Source: Albugo candida (taxonomy: Eukaryota). From it: a DNA stretch of 64,000 nucleotides. The position numbers and the translations under genes were made by a program. Under the pieces are notes generated by a model that did not search any database, was not told the origin of the DNA, and saw only the letters and a program-made list of their open reading frames with translations. Below are positions 10,353 to 22,200 of the stretch, in pieces. The DNA is taken from the NCBI GenBank assembly GCA_040437565.1, contig JBDOQK010000007.1, positions 62,001 through 126,000 on the forward strand. Direction: 5' to 3'. The first letter of the stretch is position 1. Every line of letters begins with the position of its first letter.

Positions 10353-12768
10353 TGGCACGTTGATTTGAAGTAGAGCAGCTTAGGATTCTCGCTTTGTCCA
10401 CTCAACACACAACATCGAACGGACGGCAGGGGCTCCTAAAAAAGATTGGTCTAGAAGCTGTCATTCCGAGTACGGTAATAACGAAATTTCTTTGTTGGAC
10501 ATATCTATGGGTGAACATTGCAATCCAACTAGGACTAGGATCGGAGTTGCACTTGCAATTCTACTTGCTGTTGGCTTACCTGCAGCAATGATCAGCTACA
10601 TCGATAAAAACGAATGATTATCGTGTGCAAATCGATACAACCGCTTTTCCTGATGGATGCGCTTATCTGAACAGAAATATTATTTTCCAAGTACTGAACG
10701 CAAGCACTAAACGTGATGTAGATCACGAATGTGCTGGACTGTCGGAGTTTATACCGCTATTCGAGAAAATCAAACTCTGATAGAATTAGATGGTATGCAG
10801 TGTCGCAGTCTGAAATGCAGGACATAGATAATCAAAAACAATTTGCTGATAGTCACTCCTTTCATTCCGTTCGTATCATTGGCACAATGCACACGCAATA
10901 TTTGTTCAATGGATACAAAATTCCAAGTCGGAAAATAGTCCAGCCATAGCTATCCCAATTTTTTCTAATACGTTGATTTGAAATGCAAGAGAAAAGCTGA
11001 ACGCACAATATAGTGCCGGGCTGAATAGCTGGACCGAACTGGAACCCTTTGAAGGGCCGGACGAGAATATAGATCTTAAAGAATCGGTAAAACACGTTTC
11101 CGAAGAAATCTTGATCCATTCACAGACGATCGCCCGGTTCTGTATCTGTCGCGCAATGCCCTGACCATCAAACATCCCATGATGACACATTGGTCATCTC
11201 GATTTGAGGGAAGAGATACAGATCGGCTTAATCGTCTGTGGCTACATCACAGCATCTTCGGGAGCATTTTCTCCCAGCTTTCGATAGCTACAATTCCGTC
11301 CGACCTTTTGGATGCTTCCGAATTGGTCTAGACTTTTCATCTCGACATTAATTGTATTATCAGCCTATCTATGACGCAATAAATTCATATCAGCATTATC
11401 ATTTCTATTGCGAAAAATCGACACAACATTATTCGGAGTAACTTCCACTCTTCGTTTCAAGTTTTTTTCTCGTCTGCGCTGGACAAATATTGCGTGAGCT
11501 ATTGTGCTGATGATTTTGACAGAATTGTAGGAATAACAGCAAATTTTAAATTTTACCTGACCGATGTCTTGCATTGTTTCGAAGTACACTGAATATCATC
11601 TGTATCGATCAGAATCATTTTATTTTAGAATAAATTAAATACGACAAGTTCAGCACTTTCGTCATCTACGCCACTTTAGTGTGCAAAGCGAGTTTTTCAG
11701 TTTTCTGGCAAGTGCATTCAGCCGGAAAACTGTAGTATCGAGTCGCCAACAAATTTTATGTTTTTTTATGATTTGTTTATACTTCGACGATCATTGCTGC
11801 GGGTATGTCAACGGCAAGTAGAAGTGTAAGTGCAAGTCCACTCCTAGTCCTAATTACATTGCCATGCTCAGCTTAGTGTGGAGCGCATCGGTTGGGGGCT
11901 TGGTTATAATGAAGCCGATGTCCCTGAACCAGTGTGAAACACATCAGGCTAATCAACTTTCAGCTATTGGACAATAAATTGGTGGCTTTGGGCGTCTAGT
12001 ACGAGAAGGCTTAGACTAGCTAGTAAAGTGAATTAAGGTCCTCCTGCATTTAATATATCTTACTTTCCAAATTTCATCTAAATTATTCTAGGACATTTTT
12101 ATTGATCACAAGCTGCGCAGAGCCTCGTATTGCGGTGGGTTCACGTAGCCGCAATAAGTAAACGCCACCAAATATTATCAATGCTCACAGGTAACTCGTG
12201 TAACTTTGGTGTGCGTGTATGTGTGAGATAAGATAGCCTAGGTGTATCAGTAAAGTCTTTAATCTAAGTCCAATAATATCGAAACCTTTCAGCTAAATGT
12301 GACCTTAATATCATTGTTTGTGCGGCGCAATTGACGCATTAGTAATCTCTCAGGACAGCACTGTTTTTTCTAGTTTGACAAAAGTGATCAGTTGGTCCTA
12401 GTCACGAGCTTCACTAATAGACATGCGGAACATTGCCTTGTGATTTAGACACTCCGTTCTGGGTTGAGGTGCAAATACGTGTAGTTTATGTAATGTCATG
12501 TACAAACTTAAAAAGCAAAAGCAAAGCAGAGAAACTGGAAGAGAAAATTATTCAATAATCACTTTAATAGGACATTTAACTCCGTGCAAAATAACTAATA
12601 ACAGAAATAGGACATCGAAGTAGAACGGTTAGATTTGATCAGCGTTCAATCTCAGCCACTTATTTTTATAGCATCCCACTCCTAGAAGGACCGGAAAGCA
12701 AATAATTTTACTCACTTTTACAGATACTGCCGGCCACCCACTTCGCACTCATCGAATCGCTCGGTAGA

Positions 12769-13371
12769 ATGGTTCACGTATTCATCTGGAAGCTCTCAAG
12801 CTTTGCCTTCTTATTGCTTGCCTCGAGTTGGCCCTTGTTGTGCTCTACAACTATATCAGTTTATATAGGGGTTACAGAAAACGAACCACCCAGGCAACCT
12901 CTGATCGATCTTATGGCCTCTCAATCTGATGTAAATCTGCAGAAAACTGTCGACGCGTTAGTGCCGTCTCACAGTCTCGTAGACGAGCAAAGGTTGAGTG
13001 CCCTCAAGAAGGATATAATTCCATGCTCAAATTACTGGGTGCAATTTTACAAGTTCCGTGATGACCACGACGCAAATTCATACAGACTAGACTACGATGG
13101 TAACCAAATTGCGCTGCTTATAAACTCAGATGCTACTGATAATCTTTTTTAGTGTACTCTATTATGGATCCTTTGCAATGGCGGTTGTAAGGGGTGGAAT
13201 TATGCTATCAGCTGAAGATGCGTGCACTTTCATTCACTGAAGAAATACAAAAAGCTATTACTAGCCCAACGTATATGCCAAAACCCTTCGACATCTACCA
13301 ACTCCAACGTGATGTGTTTCTTCAAAAACCTCCAAGATTCAAATATCATCACAAACCAAAACTCGAATCTA
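12769..13371 (+). CDS. Predicted secreted protein, copy A (exons 12769-13099 and 13192->gap); effector candidate
   Basis: Hydrophobic N-terminus MVHVFIWKLSSFAFLLLASSWPLLCS resembles a signal peptide. A GTAACC..TGTAAG intron at 13100-13191 joins the two ORFs in frame. Truncated by a gap; no recognisable domain. Confidence 0.6.
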
Positions 13372-13471
13372 NNNNNNNNNNNNNNNNNNNNNNNNNNNNN
13401 NNNNNNNNNNNNNNNNNNNNNNNNNNNNNNNNNNNNNNNNNNNNNNNNNNNNNNNNNNNNNNNNNNNNNNN

Positions 13472-13603
13472 TCTGGAAGCTCTCAAGCTTTGCCTTCTTA
13501 TTGCTTGCCTCGAGTGGGCGCTTGTCGTGCTCTACACCTGTACAGCACGACAAGGGCCCACTCGAGGCAAGCAATAAGAAGGCAAAGCTTGAGAGCTTCC
13601 AGA
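13472..13603. repeat. Near-perfect foldback inverted repeat (~65-bp arms, 2-nt loop)
   Basis: tctggaagctctcaagctttgccttcttattgcttgcctcgagtgggc(g)cttgtcgtgct(c)taca is followed after cc by its reverse complement, with 2 mismatches. Confidence 0.92.
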
Positions 13604-14660
13604 CGATTACAATAGACGAACCACCCAGGCAACCTCTGATCGATTTTATGGCCTCTCAATCTGATGTAAATCTGCAGAAAACTGTCGACGCGTTAGTGCC
13701 GTCTCACGGTCTCGTAGGCGAGCAAAGGTTGAGTGCCCTCAAGAAGGATATAATTCCATGCTCAAATTACTGGGTGCAATTTTACAAGTTCCGTGATGAC
13801 TACGACGCAAATCCATACGTACCAGATAACAAAGTCGACGAGGGTAACCAAATTGCGCTGCTTATAAACTCAGATGCTACTGATAATCTGTTTTTAGTGT
13901 ACTCTATTATGGATCCTTTGCAATGGCGGTTGTAAGGGGTGGAATTATGCTATCAGCTGAAGATGCGTGCACTTTCATTCACTGAAGAAATACAAAACGC
14001 TATTACTAGCCGAACGTATATGCCAAAACCCTTCGACATCTACCAACTCCAACGTGATGTGTTTCTTCAAAAACCTCCAAGATTCAAATATCATCACAAA
14101 CCAAAACTCGAATCTATAAGCGAACATAGCTTTCACCTTATTGAATTGATAAATACTTTTGAAGAACTGTGCGACGACCTTGATGGAATGACAAAGGCAG
14201 CAATGAGTCAACGCGAAACCAATCAACTCCACATGCCAGATATAATTCCTCTAAGGAAGTTGCCCAAGATGAGTCATCATCCGTACGGTGCTCAATATTT
14301 GTGGCCATTACTGCTATACATTCATGTTGACTGGATGAGGAATACCAACCAGCAATTTAAAGCTGATCCAACCGAAGAAGCTTTAAAGCGAATTAAGGAT
14401 TTCAAAGATCCGCAAGATATAGTGGAAGACCTGAGGACTATATTCGGCATGGATGTGTCATCCGAATCAATTCGTACCGCTAGCGATGATTTGAAAAGAT
14501 ACGCAGAGCACTGGACCATTTTTTATACAACTCGCAAGGAATACGACGAAGAGCACCTATCATCGAATTACTCGCACGGTAAGTATGTTACACTGAGGTT
14601 AGACTGACACTACTGACAGTCTCCACTGCTGTGTTTGCGAACGTAGACGTAATTAAGTGA
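13472..14660 (+). CDS. Predicted secreted protein, copy B (5' end in gap; introns 13844-13936 and 14579-14646)
   Basis: Near-identical to copy A. Splicing GTAACC..TAAG and GTAAGT..CGTAG (TACTGAC branch-like motif) gives one continuous frame ending ..YSHDVIK* at 14660. Confidence 0.6.
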
Positions 14661-15016
14661 ATTCTACAACACAAAGCAGAATGTGTCCAACTCAAGATAG
14701 ATGCCCTAAAATCTACCATCCAGACACGAACCCTTCTAATGTACCCACCCAACATGCCGAGTACGTCCTAGTCCAAAATCCTTGATACAACTTGAGAATT
14801 TCAAGCATTGTTATTATTTGTTCGGTTTATGAAAAGTCAAAATAACGGCGCAAGTGGCAGCTCACGTCAATTGGATGTCGCACTCTTACTCAAGCGATCC
14901 AAGACTCGCACGAGATNNNNNNNNNNNNNNNNNNNNNNNNNNNNNNNNNNNNNNNNNNNNNNNNNNNNNNNNNNNNNNNNNNNNNNNNNNNNNNNNNNNN
15001 NNNNNNNNNNNNNNNN

Positions 15017-15409
15017 CAAATCGACGTCGTTGATGATACCGCGAGCATTCGATGCAATCCGAAAAAGAGCTGCTCCTTGGGAGTAAGAAGCTCTTTTGGC
15101 AACGTGATTCACATGCATGGCATCTGCTCTGCTATGGAGCTGAACTAAGCGATCAATCACTAGCTTCTGCTCCATTCCTTTGTACCCATGCAAGCATTCT
15201 GTGCTTTCATAAAAAATTGGAAGACTAAAGTTTCCACACTGATACAACGTCGTCATCGCGAATTCATAAAGGGAGTGCGGTTCTTTATTTCGAACAATAC
15301 GTTGCTGTATTGCTGCCTCGAGTCCATATGAATGCGCGAATCCACCCGTAGGAAATAAAGAGTCAATTAATTGCCATTGAACCCATTCCGATCCGCCCTT
15401 GTGCGTCAT
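15017..15409 (-). CDS. ureF: Urease accessory protein UreF (3' part lost in gap 14917-15016)
   Basis: WQLIDSLFPTGGFAHSYGLEAA is the UreF N-terminal signature; VAKRASYSQGAAL matches the R.AS..QG motif. Likely ATG at 15409. Confidence 0.88.
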
Positions 15410-15572
15410 ATCGTTGATACTGAAATACCGAAATAGTTTGGTACGATCTGATCGGGCACCTGATAGATTATAGACCTGAGGACTCTCACGCTGCGGGAGA
15501 GGAGATGCAGATGGACAAGAAAATGGGTCACAGAATGACTCAAGTTGTTTCAATTTGCCAATAGCCGGCAAT

Positions 15573-17120
15573 ATGCCGACAACACATGATAGAGAATTCG
15601 AGCAAAATGATGGTCACGGGAACATTGATCGAGACAATCACTCATCGGGAATGAATGTGTACGATTTGATTGCATCTCCTTATATGTTGCACGCTCGCAC
15701 AAATGCAATCATCGTATTTATTGCTGCATTTGTCGGTGCATTGTGTGGGCTCTTACTTAGTAAACATAGCGTGGATTCCACTTATATACTTTGGATTGGT
15801 CTTCCTGGCGAGCTTTTCATCGACGCGTTAACGTGTTTGATCACGCCAATGATTTTTAGCAATGTGGTGACCTCTATTGGAGAGCTCTGGATGGCCAGTA
15901 AGGCGGTGCATGTGGGCCGTCGAGCCATTTGGTATTTCGCAGGAACCTCTCTCATGTCCTCAATAATCGGGACTGTCACTGGCTACTTATTTTCTCCATT
16001 CTTCGTGTTTCATATTGGAGGACATAGGGAAAGCAAGCCCGCGCAGCTTGGCTTTCGATGTTTCGATGGAAGTCGTCTTCACCAGTTAGTGGATGGATCT
16101 ATTAGATGCATGAATTTTACGAGTATGAAGAAAAGTAGCATTTTCACACTCAGCGGTACTTCGTACTTCACATTTGTCAACCAGGAGAAAGTCGCTATCG
16201 TGCCATCGACGGAACAACTCACTCTGTTCATGTCAGATTTAATACCGTCCAACGTTTTTAGTGCTTTTGCGGATAATGCGATTGGATTCATTTCGTTTGC
16301 CGTAATTTTTGGTGTTGGACTTCTGAAAGCAAGGAAGACTTCGTCTGATGAAGATAACTACATATTGCTGCTCATCAATCAAGCGAGCATCATCATCATA
16401 TTGCTGGTTACAGCTGTCGTACGACTCATGCCGATAGCTGTTGCTTCTCTGATGGCTGCTTCTATCGCGAAAGGAGGCGAATCATCCTCCATACTTACGC
16501 TACTTTGCAGCCTCGGCTATATGGTCCTTGCTCTTTTGAGTGGATTGGCGACCAATACTTTTGGATTTATGGGTGTATTATATTATCTTACCACACGTCA
16601 AGGTGTTTGGACACTTACAAAGCAATTGTTTCCCGCCCACAAATTCGTTTTTGGGTGCTCTTCTTCCATTGCAACACTTCCTATAACCATGCGATGTCTG
16701 GACGAATTGCATCAGATATCTCGACCGTTGTCGCGATTTGTGCTGACACTCAGCACTACATGTAATCTCAACGGGACAGCCGTGTATATGCCGCTGATGT
16801 GTATTTTCATGGCGACTGTGAATGGAAACGAGGAATATTTGAACGTGGTCACTTACATTTTGTTTGCTTTGGTCGGTGCGATATCTTCATTTTGCGTGGC
16901 TCCTGTACCTCATTCAGGACTGGTGATGCTATTATCAGTATGGCGTCTATTGTTTGCGGGACCACCACCCGCTATCTTTCCAGTCATTGCTGGCATCGAT
17001 TGGATTCTGGACTGGCTTCGTGCGGTCAGCAACATCACAAATAATGCCATCCTAACGTGTATTATCGCAAAAGAAGACAAAGGTTCTCTCAATATTGAAA
17101 ACAGCGCCATGGACATGTGA
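15573..17120 (+). CDS. Dicarboxylate/amino acid:cation symporter (DAACS/SLC1 family)
   Basis: Multiple TM segments; GLPGELFI..L, DLIPSNVF.AF, serine-rich CSSSIATLP, NLNGT (the NMDGT position) and IDWILDWLRAVSNIT. Confidence 0.9.
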   Translation: MPTTHDREFEQNDGHGNIDRDNHSSGMNVYDLIASPYMLHARTNAIIVFIAAFVGALCGLLLSKHSVDSTYILWIGLPGELFIDALTCLITPMIFSNVVTSIGELWMASKAVHVGRRAIWYFAGTSLMSSIIGTVTGYLFSPFFVFHIGGHRESKPAQLGFRCFDGSRLHQLVDGSIRCMNFTSMKKSSIFTLSGTSYFTFVNQEKVAIVPSTEQLTLFMSDLIPSNVFSAFADNAIGFISFAVIFGVGLLKARKTSSDEDNYILLLINQASIIIILLVTAVVRLMPIAVASLMAASIAKGGESSSILTLLCSLGYMVLALLSGLATNTFGFMGVLYYLTTRQGVWTLTKQLFPAHKFVFGCSSSIATLPITMRCLDELHQISRPLSRFVLTLSTTCNLNGTAVYMPLMCIFMATVNGNEEYLNVVTYILFALVGAISSFCVAPVPHSGLVMLLSVWRLLFAGPPPAIFPVIAGIDWILDWLRAVSNITNNAILTCIIAKEDKGSLNIENSAMDM

Positions 17121-17257
17121 TGTACAGTCGATTCCTGGCTGTTTTCCATATGAGTGAACCAAGCGGCGATCGAAAATAACGTGAAAAGTGTACAATCGAT
17201 TGTATATTTTATTCTATATTGCAGGCACTGATGCAAATGCAAGCTCCACGACCAGTG

Positions 17258-17871
17258 TCATGTCATGATGACCAAATATGTCAATAAAACTAAGACCAGT
17301 GTCAATACAATGATCACAATAAAGTTCTTGACGCCACCTGACACCGATATTATGAATTTTGGATCACCAAATCCATTAAATCTCATTCGTACCTGACTGA
17401 GCGATCAATTCTTTCGTCTTCTTTGTCACCTGCTGTAACGCATCTGATGCGTTATCGGTTTCCTCGTTTAGATCATCCAACATTCTGCAGCATTTAAATC
17501 AAAATCAGAAAGAAAGTAGATAGAATACAACGTACGCATTTTGTGATTCCAATTCTGTGCTTATCGAGATACTCACGTCGCCCAATCTTTTCACGGCAGA
17601 ATGAAGCTCATCGAGACTTTCATCTTGTTTCTGTCGTTCTAACTGAATACGTGGAAGTCATTCCATAGCTATTTGTTTCACTATGCATTCAACGTGCATC
17701 GACAAACCTGTTGCAGCTTCTTCTCCTGCGCTGCATGATCCTCTCCATAATCGTCCGGCTATCAACGCAAGCTTAAGTCTAAAGTGGCCATGAATCATTA
17801 CGCTTTCACTGTACCTCATTGCTTATCCTTGCGTAATTGGATGGTTTTGACGTAGGAAATGCTCGTGACAT
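17258..17871 (-). CDS. Small Qc-type SNARE (syntaxin-6/Tlg1/Bet1-like), 5 exons: 17871-17815, 17758-17708, 17642-17536, 17484-17393, 17337-17258
   Basis: Manual splicing over four GT-AG introns gives ..KQDESLDELHSAVKRLGDVSISISTELESQNAMLDDLNEETDNASDALQQVTKKTKELIAQSGGVKNFIVIIVLTLVLVLLTYLVIMT*. This is a SNARE heptad with a zero-layer Q plus a C-terminal TM anchor. Absent from the ORF track. Confidence 0.88.
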
Positions 17872-18083
17872 TCTTTTCGTATCCTTAAATGAACATCCAC
17901 AAGAAGAAGCGCTTGCCTTGCTCTCGTCGGAATACTTCCAGCGTTATAATACATTCCTTGTATTAATTATAGGAGCATTAAACCGATAACGGACGGTATT
18001 AATAAGTAGGTGTGCCTATTAATGTAATTATTCGGGAATGTATAATTCATGAAAGTGTTCGGAAATGGTCGATGACCCAGATT

Positions 18084-18866
18084 CTATATTCGACCCAAGG
18101 CTCGTTGCGTGGGGTATTTCTTATCGCACTGAGAGCAGAGAAATAGAACCTCGAGTGGTGCTACTGGTCCATCGCAAGTATTTGGGCAACATAACGCACA
18201 GCAATTCATTCCCCAAAATCCATTGCTTGTGTCTGCATACTCTTTCGACGGGGTACGACATCGTCCATCATTTCGAATCTGATCAAAGGATAGTAGATGT
18301 GTACCATCATTTGTGCTTGTGGGACTTGTCTTTGGTTTGTTTCTTTCGTTTCCGAAAGAATTGGAATCAATCTCCGGTAATGATTGTATCCTGCTTTGGT
18401 CACAAAAGAGATGATGCTTAGCCTTGTGTGTGTCACGACGCGATGAGATCTCGCGAAATCCGATACCAGTGACAAGAATATGGTCTCGACATTGGTTTGT
18501 CATCGTTTCGATACCAAAGTTCGTTCTGTGGTGCATATTTGCAGTCGTGGGTTGGATGTGAGCATTCGTCTCATCCGATCTCCTTGCTCGTTTCTTTCCG
18601 ATACGATTTAATTCGTACGACATTTCATTTGATTTTCTTTCCATTTGGATTAGATTTCGCTCCCTTTCTTCATCAGTCCCGAATGTCAATTCTCGACAGT
18701 CATCGTTGTTCTCGTCAGGAGCAGTAGTACGAAGAAGAAACGCAAGTTGTTGGCGTTCTGTCATGGCGTTCACGTTGAATGGCGGTCTCGTCTGCATGCT
18801 GTCTTTCTTCTTCATGCTGCTGATACCATTCGTTAGTGAGTTGGATCGTAAGCGGCGTGTTCGCAT
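18084..18866 (-). CDS. Hypothetical protein with a Cys-rich, zinc-finger-like C-terminus
   Basis: 260-aa ATG ORF with basic NLS-like stretches and C-terminal CCALCCPNTC...FLCSQCDKKYP. An INR-like CTCATTTT lies just upstream. Confidence 0.55.
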   Translation of the reverse strand: MRTRRLRSNSLTNGISSMKKKDSMQTRPPFNVNAMTERQQLAFLLRTTAPDENNDDCRELTFGTDEERERNLIQMERKSNEMSYELNRIGKKRARRSDETNAHIQPTTANMHHRTNFGIETMTNQCRDHILVTGIGFREISSRRDTHKAKHHLFCDQSRIQSLPEIDSNSFGNERNKPKTSPTSTNDGTHLLSFDQIRNDGRCRTPSKEYADTSNGFWGMNCCALCCPNTCDGPVAPLEVLFLCSQCDKKYPTQRALGRI

Positions 18867-19251
18867 CGGGTAAAATGAGTTGATTGTCGGCTCAAGTGAA
18901 GTAACACTTGATCGCTGCTTGCACCTTTGGTTTTAACCTGTGAGAAATTTTAAAACGGATTCAGGTTTATCTTTTTCTTTTTTTTGCAATGTCGCGAGGA
19001 TGCTGCGATCGGTATCCTAAAGCAACATCACAAACCACACACTTTTGGAAAGTTCAGTGGCATGAAATCGATTATTAGATATCAAAGGTGATTTGTTTCG
19101 ACCTGTGAATAGAAACAACTCTTCTGAGATTGGATGATGCGCGATCAGATCGGGAAATTCTTAAATGTGTTTTTCTCAAGTTCATTTATATAACAGAAAC
19201 GGACACGGACTCAATCGATTTGGCGAGGCTTTCTAATGCACCGACGTACTT

Positions 19252-22200
19252 TTACAGTGGAATCTTTTTAAAATTGTACCGTAAGAGTCGAATTTCCTGG
19301 CGGAGACCGTCCAATTCCCGCGCTTGTAATTTGGCAAGTCGCATCAATTTATTTCTATCTGCAATCTCCTTTTCAAGATTAGCCTGATCGTGTTTGGTTG
19401 TTTGCTGTTGTGTCGCATGCAGTTGATTTAATTCTTTTTCGAGCTCAAATTGCTGTTTATTGAGCGTTGCAATTTTCCCGAGTAGTTGTGTGTTGGTTTG
19501 TGTTGCTTTAAGTAGATCAAGCGCGAGATCCTGTCTTCCTCTTTTCATTTTCAGTGTTTCTCGTTCAATTTCCATTTCCTTCATTCGCACACGTTCTTGC
19601 AATTCATTTAATTGACTTACATCACATGCTTTATCGAAGAGTTCCATATCAATAAGCTGTCCAAACTTCAACTGCTGTAATTGAACACATTTCTCTTGCA
19701 CTGTAGCGATTGCTTGTTGCTGAATGGTTTTCTCTTTGCTCAAAACACTTTGCTGTTTGTGAAGATCGCGGAATTGTTGTCGCAGACATTTGTTTTCGAA
19801 TTGAAGTGTCTCAATGCGATTTGAAAGTCGTTGGAAATTCGCAGTAGGAAACACGAGCCACGAGGAAGCCGATTCATTCAGCGTCCACGGAAACGCGCGC
19901 GATTTGTCATAAGTGAGACATCGAATATGCTGCGTGTCCAACGCGACGCCAACATCGAGTTCATTGCATCGTAGCTGCTTTTCACTTTGAAACAATTGGA
20001 TATCCTGACCGGTACCTTGCAGTTCTTTATCGATTTGGCGCTGTTTGGAGAGTAAGCGTTCTTGAGTCTTTTTCAGGTCGTCTGAAACTCGAGTCAAGTC
20101 GAGTATCACGTCATCGATGTCTGCGCGGCGTTCTCGTAGCGCCAAGATCTTGTCGTATAAGGAGAGATCGCAGCCAGATGGACAAGTACCGTCATCCTCA
20201 TCGTCATCGTCGTCGTCATCATACTCGCTGTCGTCCATGTCGTAGTCGCTGTCTTCATCATCGTCTACTCCATTGTTTCCAATTCGATCGGTGCCATCGA
20301 CTGCTTTCTTCTTGGGACGCTTGATTTTTTTCTTTTTGAATATTCTTTGCAACGCCAAGAAATGAGGATGTTGAGACCCATTACTTCCACTTTGATGCAC
20401 AGCTGAATTCGATGTAGCTGTACTGGCTGTGCTTTGGAACAGCAACAGAAAATCTTGGTGGATTTGCTTCTCTTCCTTGGTCCATTCTTCCATCTCTTTT
20501 CGCCTCATTTGCATCAGTTCTTGGACATCGCTCAGCTCTTTGAGGATTTGGTTTCTCTCCCGAGTGCTTCTCTCCAACTTGGAGTTTAATTGGTTCTCTC
20601 GGGATTCAAATTGCTGCAAAAGTTGTAATTCGCTCCATTGTGTGTACAACCGCAACTCACATTCCTTCAGGTACACCTCCAACTCCGATTTCTCCACGCG
20701 AAGTTTCTCCACAGCTTTGTCAAACGCATTCAGGCATTCTTCATGTCGTTTCTTGAGTCGCGTTATCTCTTGCAGCATCAGGCGAACACGAATTTCGAGA
20801 TCTTCTTCATCGATACTCTTGCAGTGTAAAGTGGTGACTACAAGTGATCCCAGCGGCTGATGTCGCGGTGTGGAAGGAGTATCATGATTGTTGGAGGCAA
20901 ACTTGGTGCACAACCACAGGTGGCGAACGCAGAGAAGATCTTGCACGGCATCACCTCTCATACGACGTATGATATCCTCTCCGACATGGCAGTATTTCGA
21001 GTGAGATTTTTTGGATAAGGGCTTTGTCGGCCCGATTTTGCTTCGAATGTTTACAATGACAGGGTCTGATGACATTTGTGCTGACAGAGATTCCATGAAA
21101 GCGGCTGTCGAATGGGGTATGTGGCTGCTATCTTGAAGCTTACCAAGTCGATTAAGAGGTGACTTGCTGCTTTGGGATCGATGCTCACTGCTTTCGGAAT
21201 TCATACGGGTATGTACGATCTCTTCGTGCGTCACATGTTCTCTCAACTCGGGCCATTCGCGTGGATCCACTTGATAGTGCATTTGCGTTCCATCACCTTG
21301 TTCTTTCAAAGCAATGGCTCTATTCGGAGAGAGAGTATGCGACACGGAAGCGATAGTCTCTCGTAATATCTGTATGGTCTCATTGTCTTGCTGTATCTCT
21401 CCTATGAGAACACTTTTGAGCATTCGAAGTTCCAAAACTTTGGCACTGAATGCGATTCGTATGGTACACATTTTCTCCTGCAAGCATGCCATTTGTGTCT
21501 TCTTTTTAGCGGCATTCACGCGTTTATTGTCTGGAACGACATAGTCATCATCGCTTTTCAGCTTATAATCTCCCAAATTGCGTTGAGCGTATGCGATCGC
21601 GACAAGATCCCGAGGGTCATCCGCATCTTCTCCAGGCTTATTGGCAAGCAGCTTTTCCAGAGTCAATTTGCGAGCAGCGCGCATCTGTTTACGTGCTTGG
21701 AATCCATACACGTTCGCTTTCTTCTGTCCCTTAGCAATGCCAAAGTCCTGGCTACTAGTCGAAGAATGGTCCAAAAACTCACTCATTCGATCGTTCTTGA
21801 GCAGCCGCCACTCTTCCTCGAGAAGCGGATATGTGTCATCCAGCGTATGATTTTTGTTCACAATACCCAGCACGGATGGAGGAACAGCATGGAGCGTTTG
21901 ATGCTTCTCGTTCAAATCATTGGCTTCAGATTTGTCCGACTTTCCATGTAACGATGGTGGAAGTTTAATGGTTCGAAACGTTTGGACAGTGAGTCCGTTC
22001 CGAAATCCGTGCAAAGTGACCAGCTCAACGGCGATATTGCTCAAGAACGCATCACGGACTCGTGCTACCTTTTGATTCTCTTCTTCCAGAATTGGTACTA
22101 GTTCCTGTCGAACTTTTCTGCATGCCTCATCACCTTTCTGTTGCATGACCTCAGCAAAACAAGTGTCAATATCCCACTCTAATGGATCCAGTCGATGTTC

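Noticed and set aside
10400-12700. Short ORFs upstream of the secreted gene
   Set aside because: No recognisable motifs or consistent splice model.
13141-13152. Frameshift or premature stop making copy A a pseudogene
   Set aside because: The 1-nt indel and the stop fall inside a predicted intron (13100-13191) that keeps frame in both copies.
15410-15571. Long N-terminal extension of UreF overlapping the DAACS ORF
   Set aside because: It depends on non-ATG starts in the ORF track; ATG starts give two non-overlapping divergent genes.
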